This document shows, piece by piece, positions 17,799 through 27,189 of a DNA stretch of 64,000 nt; position 1 is the first letter of the stretch, and every line of letters starts with the position of its first letter. The notes beneath the pieces are model-generated. The model saw nothing but the letters and a program-made list of their open reading frames with translations, searched no databases and had not been told where the DNA came from. This DNA comes from a virus. The stretch is taken from IMG/VR virus record IMGVR_UViG_3300037309_000179, positions 1 through 64,000 of that record. One strand, written 5' to 3'. Position numbers and translations under genes: made by a program.

Positions 17799-19211
17799 AT
17801 GCCCGGCGGCATCCTGAACAACGCCCCGGACGTGGTGGTGTGGGCGCACCGCGTCGGCCCGGACGCGGGGGGCGCCGACTTCGCCACCGAGGAGTCGGCG
17901 CGGGTGGCGTGGCAGGTGTTCTGCAACACCCCGGCGGCCAACGCCTACGACATCACCCGCAGCCCGAAGCTGCCGCCGGTGGGCGAGCCGCTGCACGAGT
18001 ACCGGCCGCCGCCGGGGGTGCTCGGCCCGCACGGGTACCCGGTGGACGAGAGCGCCACCTACAGCTACACCCGGCAGGCGCTGGTCAGCTCCAACCTGGC
18101 GGTGGTCAACCACGTGTGCGAGCAGGAGCGGGAGAACCCGTACCTGTGGCGGGTGACGGTGGTGTACGAGGGGCTGTCCAACCCGGCGTTCGTCCCCGCC
18201 GAGGTGAGTTCGGAGGACGTCGAGTACCAGGACCACGAGGGGCTGGACGTGAACGGGCTGATGGTGGCCAACTCGGCCGGCGACCCAATCCTCGGCGGGA
18301 TGCCGGTGGACCGGGCGTACAAGGTGATCCGGGTGACGCGGGCGATCCCCCACGACCTGTGGGACATGACCCTGGCCGAGCCGTTCCGCAACACCCTGAA
18401 CGCCAAGCCGTTCCCGCTCAGCCGGCAGACCCGGTGGGACCCGGCGGCGAACGGCGGGGCGGGGGCGCACGTGCCGGTGGTGCTCGGGCCGGGGGCGGTG
18501 CGGCTGAAGCGGACGAGCGAGCAGGAGGTGATCCGGGCGAACACCGCGGCCGGCACGCTGCGGTACTGGCGGGTGACCGCCGAGCTGCACGTGGACGCCC
18601 GCACGTTCCGGCTGGCGGGCGGGCAGGTCGGCTACGCCCTGCACCGGTACGTGTGCGCCGACGCCGGGTACCAGGAGCTGACCGCGGGCGGGCACAAGCG
18701 GCGGATCCAGTCGACGGCCGGCAGCTTCGCCACCGAGCCGCAGTTCCTGGACGCCACCGGGCGGGCGATCCGCCCGGCCCCGCCCCGGCCGGGGGTGAAC
18801 GAGCTGGCGGCCGGCGGGGGGATCGGCCCGCCCGCCCCCGGCGCCCTGCTCGGGCAGACCGACTACTACGCCACCGCCGAGGCGACCCCGTGCACCGTGG
18901 AGGCGCCGGGGCTGATGGCGAACGACCCGAGCCGCGGGCCGGGGGTGAGCGTGAAGCTGCCCCTGCACACCCTGCCGCCCAGCGGGGACGGCACCGTGGT
19001 GGCGAACGCCGACGGCAGCTTCACCTTCACCCCCGCCGCCGGCATCGCCCCGAAGTGGGTGACGTTCCGGTACCAGCTGACCGACGGGGTGACGGACAGC
19101 CCGCCGGTGAGCGTGTTCATCCTGGTGAACGCCCTGCCCCGCTGGCTGGTGTTCGACCGGTACCGGTACGCCGACTGGGCGCCGCTGGCGGCGCTGCTGG
19201 CCAACTGGTGA
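17799..19211 (+). CDS. Distal/minor tail protein with C-terminal Ig/cadherin-like segment
   Basis: 470 aa directly after the tape measure. VVANADGSFTFTPAAG...FRYQLTDGVTDSPPVSVFILV is cadherin/VCBS-like. Confidence 0.55.
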   Translation: MPGGILNNAPDVVVWAHRVGPDAGGADFATEESARVAWQVFCNTPAANAYDITRSPKLPPVGEPLHEYRPPPGVLGPHGYPVDESATYSYTRQALVSSNLAVVNHVCEQERENPYLWRVTVVYEGLSNPAFVPAEVSSEDVEYQDHEGLDVNGLMVANSAGDPILGGMPVDRAYKVIRVTRAIPHDLWDMTLAEPFRNTLNAKPFPLSRQTRWDPAANGGAGAHVPVVLGPGAVRLKRTSEQEVIRANTAAGTLRYWRVTAELHVDARTFRLAGGQVGYALHRYVCADAGYQELTAGGHKRRIQSTAGSFATEPQFLDATGRAIRPAPPRPGVNELAAGGGIGPPAPGALLGQTDYYATAEATPCTVEAPGLMANDPSRGPGVSVKLPLHTLPPSGDGTVVANADGSFTFTPAAGIAPKWVTFRYQLTDGVTDSPPVSVFILVNALPRWLVFDRYRYADWAPLAALLANW

Positions 19212-19248
19212 CGGTTGCGCCGCCCCCGTCCGCACGCCATCCTGTCGC

Positions 19249-21264
19249 ATGCCACCCGCCGCCGGCCTGACCGTCCCCGACCTCCGCCGCCTGTACGAGG
19301 CGGCCACGGGCGTCGAGCGGCTGGAGCGGAACCGGCACGCCGCCGGGCACGACCCGCTGCTGCTCGGCCAGTTCGCCCCGCCCGCCCGCGACGGGTGGGA
19401 GGGGACGGTGCTGGTCGAGGTGTACCCGGGCACCCCGGCCGGGCACGCCCTGCACCGGGCGAAGGTGCGGGCCGTCGACGGGGTGGCCGGGAACGCCCTG
19501 GCCACCGCCCTGCTGCCGGACGCCGACTGCTACGTGCAGACCCCGACCGGGGCGGCCCTGGCGGCCGGATCGCTCCTGGCGTGCGGCCCGCCGGCGTCCT
19601 GGCACGCCCACTGGGTGAACCCGGACGACCGGGTGCCGGCGTTCCTGGCCGCCGGGGCGGACGGGGCGGGCGACCCGACGACGCTGCGGGGGTGGTGGGC
19701 GGTGCTCACCGCCGCCGCCCCGCACCCGTCCGGGTGGACGGACTACACGGCGGTGGAGGTGGAGGGGCCGCTCGCCCCGACCGTCAAGCCGGGCGGGCGG
19801 ACGGCCGCCACCGCCCGGGAGGTGCAGAACCGCCCGGCCCGCCTGTCCGCCGTCGCCGGGTCGGCGGTGACCGCGGTCGGGTCGGTGGTGCTGCTCACCG
19901 GCCCGTACCCGGACTCGCCCGGCGGCCTCGCCTCCGACCCGTACCACCTGTTCGCCATCGACCAGGACGCGGACGTCCTCCGCCTGCCGCCGGCGGCCGC
20001 CCCGGGCCTGAACCGCATGACCCCGTACCCCGGGCTGGTGCGGCCGGGCGAGCAGCGGTGGGTGGGGGCGAAGCGGCTGCTGAACACCGCCCCGCACCCC
20101 GGCACCGGGGTGGCGGTGGACGTGCCGGAGACGAACTTCGGCACCGGGGCGGTCGCCGCCGACTCGGCGGTCGGGTTCTTCGGCACGCCGGGCACCAGCG
20201 TGTACGGCGACTTCGCCCCGCTCGCCCTCGCCCCCGGCGGGGCGGCCGGCGCCGCCGCCTCCGCCCGCCACCTGCGGCTGACCGGCCGGCTGCCGGCCGC
20301 CCCGCCGGGGCCGCCGCCCCCGCCGCTCCCGTGGTCGGCGGCCGAGCAGCTGCAGGCCGACCAGCCCGGCCCCCCGCTGCCCGCCGGGGCCAGCCTGAGC
20401 GGGTTCCGGGCGGTCGCCCTGGACGACCTGTTCGGCCCGTCCGGCCCGGGCGGGGTGGGCGTCGGAGCGTTCGCCGCCCTCGACGTGTACACCACCGGCG
20501 GGGCCACCCCGGCGTACTCCGGGGTGAGCGGGCAGGTCGCCACCGCCGCCACCGTGTACTCGTGGGCGCTCGACGGGGACCACCTGCGGATCGCGGTGAC
20601 CGGCGGCGGGGCGGGCGGCGCGGACGAGGCGGACCTGCGGCCCGGCCGCCTGGCCTTGGCCCTCCGCGGGACGGCCGGGACCCCGGCCGCCGCCGCCATC
20701 GACCTGCGGCCCGACCCGGGCACCTTCCCGCCGCCGGGCGGCGGGCCGTTCGCCAACCCCCTGCCGCTGTCCGACCGGTACCGCCGGGCGCTGCACACCT
20801 CCCCCGACCTGATGATGGACGGGCACGGGCCGGTCAGCCAGAACGGGCGGCTGGTCGGGGCCTACGGGGTGATGCGGCACTACGGGGTCGGGACGAACGA
20901 GAAGTGGGGGGTCGACTCGTCCTGGCAGACCGGCACCGTCACCCACTACGCCTACGGCGGGCTGGTGTGCGAGCGGGTCGACGCCGCCGTCAGCCCGCCG
21001 GCCGCCGTCAGCCCGCCGGCCGCCGTCAGCCCGCCGGCCGCCGTCAGCCCGCCGCCGGCGACCGTGCCGCCGCCGACGAAGGCGCCGCCGGCCGGCAAGG
21101 AGGTGGCCGAGGCGGACACCCTCGGGCGGCTGGGGAAGGCGCTCTCCCGGGCGCACTACTTCCAGTCGCCGGACGGCAGCTGGTGGCGGCTGGGGGTGAC
21201 CGACGCCGGCGCCGCCCAGTTCACCGCCGTGGCCGACCCGGCCCCGCCGGCCGGCCCGCCGTAA
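19249..21264 (+). CDS. Tail tip / baseplate-like structural protein
   Basis: 671 aa after the distal tail gene. Contains the AAVSPP x4 repeat. Confidence 0.5.
   Translation: MPPAAGLTVPDLRRLYEAATGVERLERNRHAAGHDPLLLGQFAPPARDGWEGTVLVEVYPGTPAGHALHRAKVRAVDGVAGNALATALLPDADCYVQTPTGAALAAGSLLACGPPASWHAHWVNPDDRVPAFLAAGADGAGDPTTLRGWWAVLTAAAPHPSGWTDYTAVEVEGPLAPTVKPGGRTAATAREVQNRPARLSAVAGSAVTAVGSVVLLTGPYPDSPGGLASDPYHLFAIDQDADVLRLPPAAAPGLNRMTPYPGLVRPGEQRWVGAKRLLNTAPHPGTGVAVDVPETNFGTGAVAADSAVGFFGTPGTSVYGDFAPLALAPGGAAGAAASARHLRLTGRLPAAPPGPPPPPLPWSAAEQLQADQPGPPLPAGASLSGFRAVALDDLFGPSGPGGVGVGAFAALDVYTTGGATPAYSGVSGQVATAATVYSWALDGDHLRIAVTGGGAGGADEADLRPGRLALALRGTAGTPAAAAIDLRPDPGTFPPPGGGPFANPLPLSDRYRRALHTSPDLMMDGHGPVSQNGRLVGAYGVMRHYGVGTNEKWGVDSSWQTGTVTHYAYGGLVCERVDAAVSPPAAVSPPAAVSPPAAVSPPPATVPPPTKAPPAGKEVAEADTLGRLGKALSRAHYFQSPDGSWWRLGVTDAGAAQFTAVADPAPPAGPP
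20983..21054 (+). repeat. Perfect tandem repeat, 4 x 18 nt (GCCGCCGTCAGCCCGCCG), encoding (AAVSPP)4
   Basis: Units at 20983, 21001, 21019 and 21037, identical by direct reading. Confidence 0.95.
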
Positions 21265-21288
21265 CCCCACCCACCCCGGAGACCGCCC

Positions 21289-21789
21289 GTGGCCGTCCGC
21301 ACGCTGAAGCCGCACACCGCCGCCCAGGAGCTGATGGGCAACGCCGCCCTGGCCGGGCTGACCGGCGGGGGCACCGTCCGCGGGGCGGAGCTGACCAACG
21401 CCGCGACCGGCGGGTCGACCCACCTGCCCGGGTACCCGCACGCCGTCTTCTTCCTGGCGGTCGGCGGCGCCACCGCCCCCCTCCCGCCCGGCTGCCAGTT
21501 CGCCCTCCGCCTGCTCCGCACCCCGGACGGGGGCGTCGCCTACGAGGACGGGGACGCCGGGTACGTGCCGGACCGGGCGGCCGAGGTGCGGTTCTTCCCG
21601 AAGCCGCACGCCGACGCCCAGCTGCTCGTCGGCGAGTTCTTCCGGAACGCCGTGTCACAGGGGGTGGTGGGCGACCTGCCGGCCGGAAAGTTCAAGCCGC
21701 TGCTCACCTTAGAGGGCGGCCTCGGGGTGGCCCTGGGGGCCACCGGCCACCGCCTCTCCTGCCTCGCCCACACCGTCGAGGACGCCTGA
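21289..21789 (+). CDS. Hypothetical protein (end of late module)
   Basis: 166 aa, GTG start. Its 3' end overlaps the convergent ASCH gene by about 80 nt. Confidence 0.4.
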   Translation: MAVRTLKPHTAAQELMGNAALAGLTGGGTVRGAELTNAATGGSTHLPGYPHAVFFLAVGGATAPLPPGCQFALRLLRTPDGGVAYEDGDAGYVPDRAAEVRFFPKPHADAQLLVGEFFRNAVSQGVVGDLPAGKFKPLLTLEGGLGVALGATGHRLSCLAHTVEDA

Positions 21790-22188
21790 CCCGGCCGGCA
21801 GCTCGAACAGCCCGAGCCGGCCGCCCCGGAACGGCACCGGGCGGGCGAACGGCCGCGGGTCGGCCAGCACCCACGCCCACCCCCACCGCCCCAGCCCGAA
21901 CGCCCACCCCCGCCAGGCCGGCGGCAGCCCGCCGACCGGCACGCACCCGACCACCGCCACCGTGCCGAGCAGGGCGGCCGCCGGCAGGTCCCGCGGGTCG
22001 GGCAGCGGGCACCCGGTGCGGTGGACCAGGTCGCGGTAGAAGTGCGGGTGCGGCGGCACCCACGGGCGGCAGCCGGCGTGCACCACCAGCCGGCCGCGGA
22101 ACCCGGTCGGCCGGGACCGCAGCTCCACCGGCTTGCGGCCGGCCACGATCAGGTGGCCCCACGGGTTGCGGATCGTCAAGGCCTTCAC
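21709..22188 (-). CDS. ASCH domain protein
   Basis: GTG 22188 preceded by GGAGG. VKALTIRNPWGHLIVAGRKPVELRSRPTGFRGRLVVHAG is a typical ASCH/PUA-like N-terminus. Confidence 0.6.
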   Translation of the reverse strand: MKALTIRNPWGHLIVAGRKPVELRSRPTGFRGRLVVHAGCRPWVPPHPHFYRDLVHRTGCPLPDPRDLPAAALLGTVAVVGCVPVGGLPPAWRGWAFGLGRWGWAWVLADPRPFARPVPFRGGRLGLFELPAGSGVLDGVGEAGEAVAGGPQGHPEAAL

Positions 22189-22329
22189 GTCGGCCTCCGG
22201 TTCGGGGGACGGGCACCGCACCTTACGGCCGGGCCGCGGCCCGCGGAACCCCAACCCGGCCGCGGCCCGGCCGGAATCGGGCACGAAATCCTCCGGCGGT
22301 CGCGCGCCTGCTACCCGAGCGGGCGCGCG

Positions 22330-22593
22330 TCAGCCACCGGGGTTGAGGGCGGCTCGAACCGCCGCGTCCTTCGCTTCGAGCAGCTTCCGCAGGGCGACGG
22401 TGCGTACCGCCACCGTCCGCACGCACCCCGGCACCCCGCCGTCATCCCTCGTCCACTTCGGCGACTCGTGCGAGGTGAAGTCGCTCGCCTCGGTCTTCAG
22501 CGTGCCGCACCGCGGGCACCAGAAGGTGCGGCGGCCGGCCTGGTCCAGCCCGAGGTTGTGCATCGTGTGGCCGCAGTTCGGGCACGGCATCAC
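22330..22593 (-). CDS. Zinc-ribbon protein
   Basis: MPCPNCGH...FWCPRCG (CxxC...CxxC). GGAGG lies upstream of ATG 22590. Confidence 0.5.
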   Translation of the reverse strand: MMPCPNCGHTMHNLGLDQAGRRTFWCPRCGTLKTEASDFTSHESPKWTRDDGGVPGCVRTVAVRTVALRKLLEAKDAAVRAALNPGG

Positions 22594-22852
22594 ACCGCCT
22601 CCAGGTCGTCATCCAGGAACGGGCCGAGGGTCCCGACCCCCACCCGAGCATGTTCCGGAGTCAGGAGTCCGCCGCGGTGAACCCGTCGCCCGGCGTCCGC
22701 AGCCGGGCCAACTCGTCACCCAGCTCGCACCCGGCCACTTCCCGGGCGTGTCGGAAACCGGTCCGGGCGGCGGCCCCGTATGGAGTCGGGGCCGGCTTTC
22801 CCAGGGCGCGGCGGCCGCCTCGGAGCGCCGGCCACCACCCGCCCGGACCGAA

Positions 22853-22916
22853 CGCCCCGCGGGGGATCGAACCCCGCCGCCCGTGGGGTAAGCCGGGCGG
22901 GTACCGAACCGGGGCG
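22853..22916 (-). ncRNA. 64-nt tRNA-like element (acceptor stem + canonical T-arm, no D-arm, non-canonical central hairpin)
   Basis: Minus strand reads CGCCCCG-GTTCGGTAC-CCGCCCG-GCTTACCCCA-CGGGCGG-CGGGG-TTCGATC-CCCCG-CGGGGCG. It has a 7-bp closing stem, a perfect 5-bp T-stem and a TTCGATC loop. Confidence 0.4.
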
Positions 22917-22923
22917 GGTGGGC

Positions 22924-23256
22924 CTACCGCCCGAGCAGCGATCGCACCCGCGCGGCCTCGGCGGCGTCCAGCAGGCGGGCGAAGAACCGGCCGCCGGCCG
23001 CCCAGTAGTACGCCCACGGGTCGGCGGTCACGAACTCCCGGTTCCACTGCCACGCCTTCGCCGGCGAGTCCATCGCCGCGTGGTACCACGACCCCGTCAC
23101 CTCCGCCGGCCGCCCGGCCGGGGCCGCCTGGTCCTCCGGGTCGCGGCCGGCGAGCGTCACCGGCTCGCCCGCCCGCAGCCCGGCCAGCTCGGCCCGCAGG
23201 GCGGCCTCCGCCTCGCGGGTTCGGGTCGGTGTCGCCGGTGTCGTCGTCGGGTCCAT
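22924..23256 (-). CDS. Hypothetical protein
   Basis: 110 aa from ATG 23256 (MDPTTTP...), with GGAGG 7 nt upstream. Confidence 0.5.
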   Translation of the reverse strand: MDPTTTPATPTRTREAEAALRAELAGLRAGEPVTLAGRDPEDQAAPAGRPAEVTGSWYHAAMDSPAKAWQWNREFVTADPWAYYWAAGGRFFARLLDAAEAARVRSLLGR

Positions 23257-23271
23257 CGCGGCCTCCGTTTC

Positions 23272-23289
23272 GGTTGTAAAACTACAACC
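23272..23289. promoter_or_regulatory. Palindrome GGTTGTAAAACTACAACC (variant of the GGTTGCA-N-TGCAACC family)
   Basis: Read directly. Lies 15 nt upstream of ATG 23256. Confidence 0.5.
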
Positions 23290-23337
23290 ACATTTAGCCC
23301 GCCGAGGGGCCGGGGTCAATGGCAACCCGGCCCGCCC

Positions 23338-24093
23338 TCACAGCAGCAGCATCGCCACCACCGCCATCCGCACCAGGTCGCCCCGGTCCGCCTTCTTCGC
23401 CTTGCACAGCGCGTCCAGCCGCCCCGACTCCTCGTCGGTCAGGTAGCAGCTGGCCACCGGCAGCCCCTGGCCGCGGTCCCGCGCCACCCCCGGGTCCGGC
23501 CCCGAGCGCCCGGCCGCCGCCTCGGCGAACGCGGCCAGCACCGCCTCAACCGACACCTCCATCTTGCCCACCCGCACCACCCGCCGCCCGCGGTCCACCA
23601 CCGGCCGGTAGGTGTACCCGGCCGGCTTACCCTGGCGGGGCTTGCGGACGGCCAGGGTCGCCCGCTGCTCGGCCGGCGACCGCTCCACCCCGTCGGCGAA
23701 CACGATGCGGACGGCCGCGGCGGGCAGGGCGGCGAGCGGGACGGCCTCCGGCTCGGTGCGGCCGGGGGCCAAGAACTCGACGGTGCCGCCGGCCGCCAGC
23801 TCCCGCTGGCGGGCGAGCGGGAGGCCCTCGATCGCCCGCAGCACCGTCGGGCGGTCGAGGAAGGCGACGACCGCCTCTGCCGCCAGCCGGCCGGCGGCGA
23901 TCAGGGGCAGGTTCCGCCCCACCTCGTCGCGGTGCTCGGCGAGGTCCTCCCCCCGCCGCTCCAGCTCGGCCCACACCGCCGCCGCGTGCCTCAGCCCGTC
24001 GGCGGTCATCGACAGCCCGCGGACCAGTTCGGCCCGCAGCTGGTCGACCGTGAGCGCGGACAGTCCGCGGTCAATCGGTTTCAGGTCGGTCAT
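23338..24093 (-). CDS. Hypothetical protein, C-terminal ribbon-helix-helix-like tail
   Basis: 251 aa with ATG start. C-terminus YLTDEESGRLDALCKAKKADRGDLVRMAV. Confidence 0.55.
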   Translation of the reverse strand: MTDLKPIDRGLSALTVDQLRAELVRGLSMTADGLRHAAAVWAELERRGEDLAEHRDEVGRNLPLIAAGRLAAEAVVAFLDRPTVLRAIEGLPLARQRELAAGGTVEFLAPGRTEPEAVPLAALPAAAVRIVFADGVERSPAEQRATLAVRKPRQGKPAGYTYRPVVDRGRRVVRVGKMEVSVEAVLAAFAEAAAGRSGPDPGVARDRGQGLPVASCYLTDEESGRLDALCKAKKADRGDLVRMAVVAMLLL

Positions 24094-24688
24094 CTGGTCC
24101 CCCGTGTCGGAGTCGTTCGCCCAGGCTCGCGGCCTTCGCCGCCAGCCCCAGGCCGGTGCTCTTGTTCCGGTGCTTGGCGTTGCGGATCGTCCGGCAGTCG
24201 GGCGAGCAGTACCTCACCCGGTTCGGCGGCACCGGCCGGCGGCAGGTCTCGCACCGCGGCTGGCCGCGCTTCGGGGCGGCCCGCGCCGTCACCACGTTGC
24301 GGCGGGCGGTCTCGCGGTGCAGGCACCCGCAGGACGACGTGCGGCCGAAGGCCACGTTCCCAACGGTCGCCCGGAACCCTTTCGTTCCGCAGTCGCAGTC
24401 ACAGACGAGCCACGTCACCCGGCGGCCGCGCTCCATCGCGGTGACGGTGAGGCGGGTGCCCTGCACCCGCCCCAGGTAATCACGGCGGAGCTTCTCCCGG
24501 CCGCCGGCGGACGCGCACGCCGGGCACCCCAGCCCCGCCTTCACCTTGCCGGCGTCCAGATCGCACACCTTGCCGCACTCGCACCGGCACTCCCACACCG
24601 CCCGCCCGCGCGGCGTGGTCCCTGTCCGACGTAGGACGGTCAGTTTGCCGACGGTCTTGTCCGTCCAGTCGTTCGCCGGGCGTCCCAT
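24071..24688 (-). CDS. Cys-rich (zinc-binding) protein with duplicated W-x-C-x-C-x-CG...C..C module
   Basis: ATG 24688 with GGAGG upstream. KLTVLRRT...AVWECRCECGKVCD...CPAC and RLTVTAME...WLVCDCDCGTKG...SSCGC. Confidence 0.55.
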   Translation of the reverse strand: MGRPANDWTDKTVGKLTVLRRTGTTPRGRAVWECRCECGKVCDLDAGKVKAGLGCPACASAGGREKLRRDYLGRVQGTRLTVTAMERGRRVTWLVCDCDCGTKGFRATVGNVAFGRTSSCGCLHRETARRNVVTARAAPKRGQPRCETCRRPVPPNRVRYCSPDCRTIRNAKHRNKSTGLGLAAKAASLGERLRHGGPDDRPETD

Positions 24689-24702
24689 CACGGCCTCCAA
24701 GG

Positions 24703-25125
24703 TCAGGCGATCCGCTCGGCCAGATCGGCGACGCCGGCGAACGCCGCCGACACCGCCCGCTCGTACCCGGCCCGCACGGCCGCCCGCGTGCGGGCCTGCT
24801 TCTCGGCGAACTCCGGCCGGTCCGGGTACCCCTCCCACTCGGCCGTCGGGTCGTACCGGGTGAGCACCTCGGCCAGCGCCGCCGGGGTGTCGGCCACCTC
24901 GGCGGTGTGCCGGCCGTGCTCCCCCTGCCAGGTGGTGTGGAACACCACCTCCCCGACCCATTTGCCGCCGGCGGTGCGGTACACCCGCACCTCGTGCCAG
25001 CGGTTCTGGAGAGGTCCGTGGCGGTCTTTGCTGCTCGCCTCGGCCGCCAACTCGCCGGCGAACGCGAGCGGCGGCTTGCCGGTCCGGGTCAGTGTGAAGT
25101 CGGTCGCGTCGCTCACGTCGCTCAT
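24703..25125 (-). CDS. Hypothetical protein
   Basis: 140 aa from ATG 25125 (MSDVSDATDF...). Confidence 0.5.
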   Translation of the reverse strand: MSDVSDATDFTLTRTGKPPLAFAGELAAEASSKDRHGPLQNRWHEVRVYRTAGGKWVGEVVFHTTWQGEHGRHTAEVADTPAALAEVLTRYDPTAEWEGYPDRPEFAEKQARTRAAVRAGYERAVSAAFAGVADLAERIA

Positions 25126-25574
25126 GTCGCCCTCGGCGTTAGGGAATCGATCCAGGCCCACGCCACGCACCGCTCCAGGTCGGCGATCCAGCCGGCCTCG
25201 TCCGGGGTGGCGAGGATGGTCATCGCGGACACCCACGGCAGGCCGGACGGCGGCCGCGGGGCGCGGAAGTCGGCCGCCCGCAGGCCGGGCAGGTCGGTCA
25301 GGGCCAGGTACTGCCGCTCCAGGGCCGCCCACAGCGGCCCGGCCGCCCCGGCGTCCGCCGCCACCCCGAAGGTGACGCACGGGCGGTCGCCGGGGCCGTA
25401 CACGGTGGCGAGCAGCGCCCCGCCGTCGGCGGCGACGGCCAGGGCGTACCCGGCCATGCCGGGGACCGGCCGCCGGCCGGGCCGCAGCAGGGGGCGGACC
25501 GCGGCCAGGGCCGCGGCCGACACCTCCGAACGGGGGCTGTCCCGCTCGTGGCCGGTGTTGATGGTGTGGATCAC
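25122..25574 (-). CDS. Hypothetical protein
   Basis: 150 aa. GTG 25574 overlaps the upstream stop (GTGA), and its own stop overlaps the next ATG. Confidence 0.45.
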   Translation of the reverse strand: MIHTINTGHERDSPRSEVSAAALAAVRPLLRPGRRPVPGMAGYALAVAADGGALLATVYGPGDRPCVTFGVAADAGAAGPLWAALERQYLALTDLPGLRAADFRAPRPPSGLPWVSAMTILATPDEAGWIADLERCVAWAWIDSLTPRAT

Positions 25575-26772
25575 TGCGCCACCCCGGCGGTTTCCCGCTT
25601 GCGGATGAGGTGTTTCGCCAGGTCCAGCGCCCGGCCCGGCTCCTTCTCGGCCACCACCCGGAGCGGTATTTTCGCCCCCCGGTCGGTCAGCCCCAGCTGC
25701 CCGGCGAACCCCATGATGCCGGCGTCGCACATGCCGCACGCCCGGGCGTCGTCGTACCCCACCTCCACCCGCTTGCCGACGGCGAGCAGCAACCGCGCCT
25801 TCCGCTCCAGGCGGGCGGCCTCCCGCCTCCGCTCGGCGTCGGCGATGGTTCGGGCCTCGGCCTCGGCCCGCGACCGCTCGGCCAAGGCCAGCTTCCGCCC
25901 GTACTCGGCCCGGCACTCGGCCACGGTGCCGCCGTGCTCCCAGTGGTGCTCGCGGTCGGCCGGGAACGGCCCGTGCCCCCGCAGGGCCGCGGGCACCCCC
26001 AACCGCACCGCGTACCCGGTCCGGGAGTAGGTGTGCTCGGTCCCCTTCCCCCGCACCTTGCGGGGGCCGAAACGGGTGGCCACCCGCACGCCGGCGATCG
26101 TCCGCATGGTGCAGTACAGGTCGCCCCCGACCAGGGCCGGGTGGTCGAGCGCCGCCCCGGCCGGGGGCAGCGGCAGGCGGGCCACCTCCGTGCCGCGGTG
26201 GTTCTCCAGCACCACCCGCCCGGAGCGGGCGAACCCGACCACCCGCGCGCCCGCGTTCTTCCACTTCGCCTTCCACGTCTTGTAGCTGCCCTTGTACGGG
26301 TAGCTGCTGCCCTCCCCGCCGCCCAGCCCGTACACCACCGCCGCCCGCTGGGAGGTGAACAGGTCGCCCACCCGCCGGTGCCAAGACTTGCCCAGGGCGA
26401 CGGCGATGCCGACGCGGGCGGCGCGTACTTCTTCTCGCGGGCGGCCTTGGCCGCGGCGGCGGCTTGCCGCTCGCGGCACTCCACGTGTCGGGTCCAGGCG
26501 TCGGCGTGGGATTCGGGGGCGGTGGACGCCAGGTCGCGGACGGGATCGGACCAGGTGTACTGGCGAGCGTACTCCGCCTCCCCCGTCCGCAGCACGCGGA
26601 GCAGGGTGGCGTCGTCGCACCCGGCTTCCTCCAGGGCGTCGGCTAGGATCGGCCACTTGTCGGTTTCGGGCGGGACGTAGGCGAACGGCGGCTGCGGGTT
26701 CGGCACCCCGCGGCACACGCGGGCGAGCGACACGACGGACTCGGTGAACCAGGCGGGGTTGAGCACGGACAT
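25571..26772 (-). pseudogene. Frame-disrupted gene: TIGR02996-like N-terminal domain in one frame, protein-like remainder in the -1 frame
   Basis: The frame from ATG 26772 is protein-like to ...AAAAAKAAREKKYA, then degenerates into R/G/P/W junk. The other frame becomes protein-like from ...IAVALGKSWHRRVGDLF to the stop at 25571, with no start codon nearby. Confidence 0.4.
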
Positions 26773-26911
26773 GACCGACACCTCGCCGCGGGTAGGCCGC
26801 GGGCATCCCCCTCACGCAGCGCCCGGTGAGGGTCGGGCCGTCGGTCGGATCGCTCCCCCGACGGTGGGAGTATACCCCGGCCGCGGGCCGGGGGGAAGTC
26901 GCGGGGCCGGG

Positions 26912-27091
26912 TCAGTCCCCGGCCGCCTTGCACAGCTTGACCAGCACCGCCAGGCCGATCAGCCCGGCGTACAGCCCGACCAGGACCGGGCCGACCACCA
27001 GCACCGCGACCGCGGCCGCCGTCAGCCCGACCAGACCGCCCAGGCACCCGCACCCGGTCGCGGGCGGCGTCTTCCGCGCGGGCCGGGGCAT
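26912..27091 (-). CDS. Small membrane protein
   Basis: 59 aa: MPRPARKTPPATGCGCLGGLVGLTAAAVAVLVVGPVLVGLYAGLIGLAVLV. Confidence 0.45.
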   Translation of the reverse strand: MPRPARKTPPATGCGCLGGLVGLTAAAVAVLVVGPVLVGLYAGLIGLAVLVKLCKAAGD

Positions 27092-27189
27092 CACGCGGCC
27101 CCCGCGGCTTGCCGCCGCCGCGACCGGGTGCGGGCGGCCGGGCGGTCGAACGGGGACGCCCAAAACACCGCGGTGCTGGCGCTGGTCAT
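27091..27189 (-). CDS. Micro-ORF (32 aa), below the ORF-track cutoff
   Basis: ATG 27189. MTSASTAVFWASPFDRPAARTRSRRRQAAGAA. TGATG overlap with the next gene. Confidence 0.25.
   Translation of the reverse strand: MTSASTAVFWASPFDRPAARTRSRRRQAAGAA

Noticed and set aside
15350-22346. Giant antisense/off-frame ORFs (15350-17941, 17505-19505, 19117-21609, 19215-22346) across the tape-measure and tail genes
   Set aside because: They have the same junk composition, with runs of R, G, P and H and no motifs. They are mutually exclusive with the well-supported structural genes.
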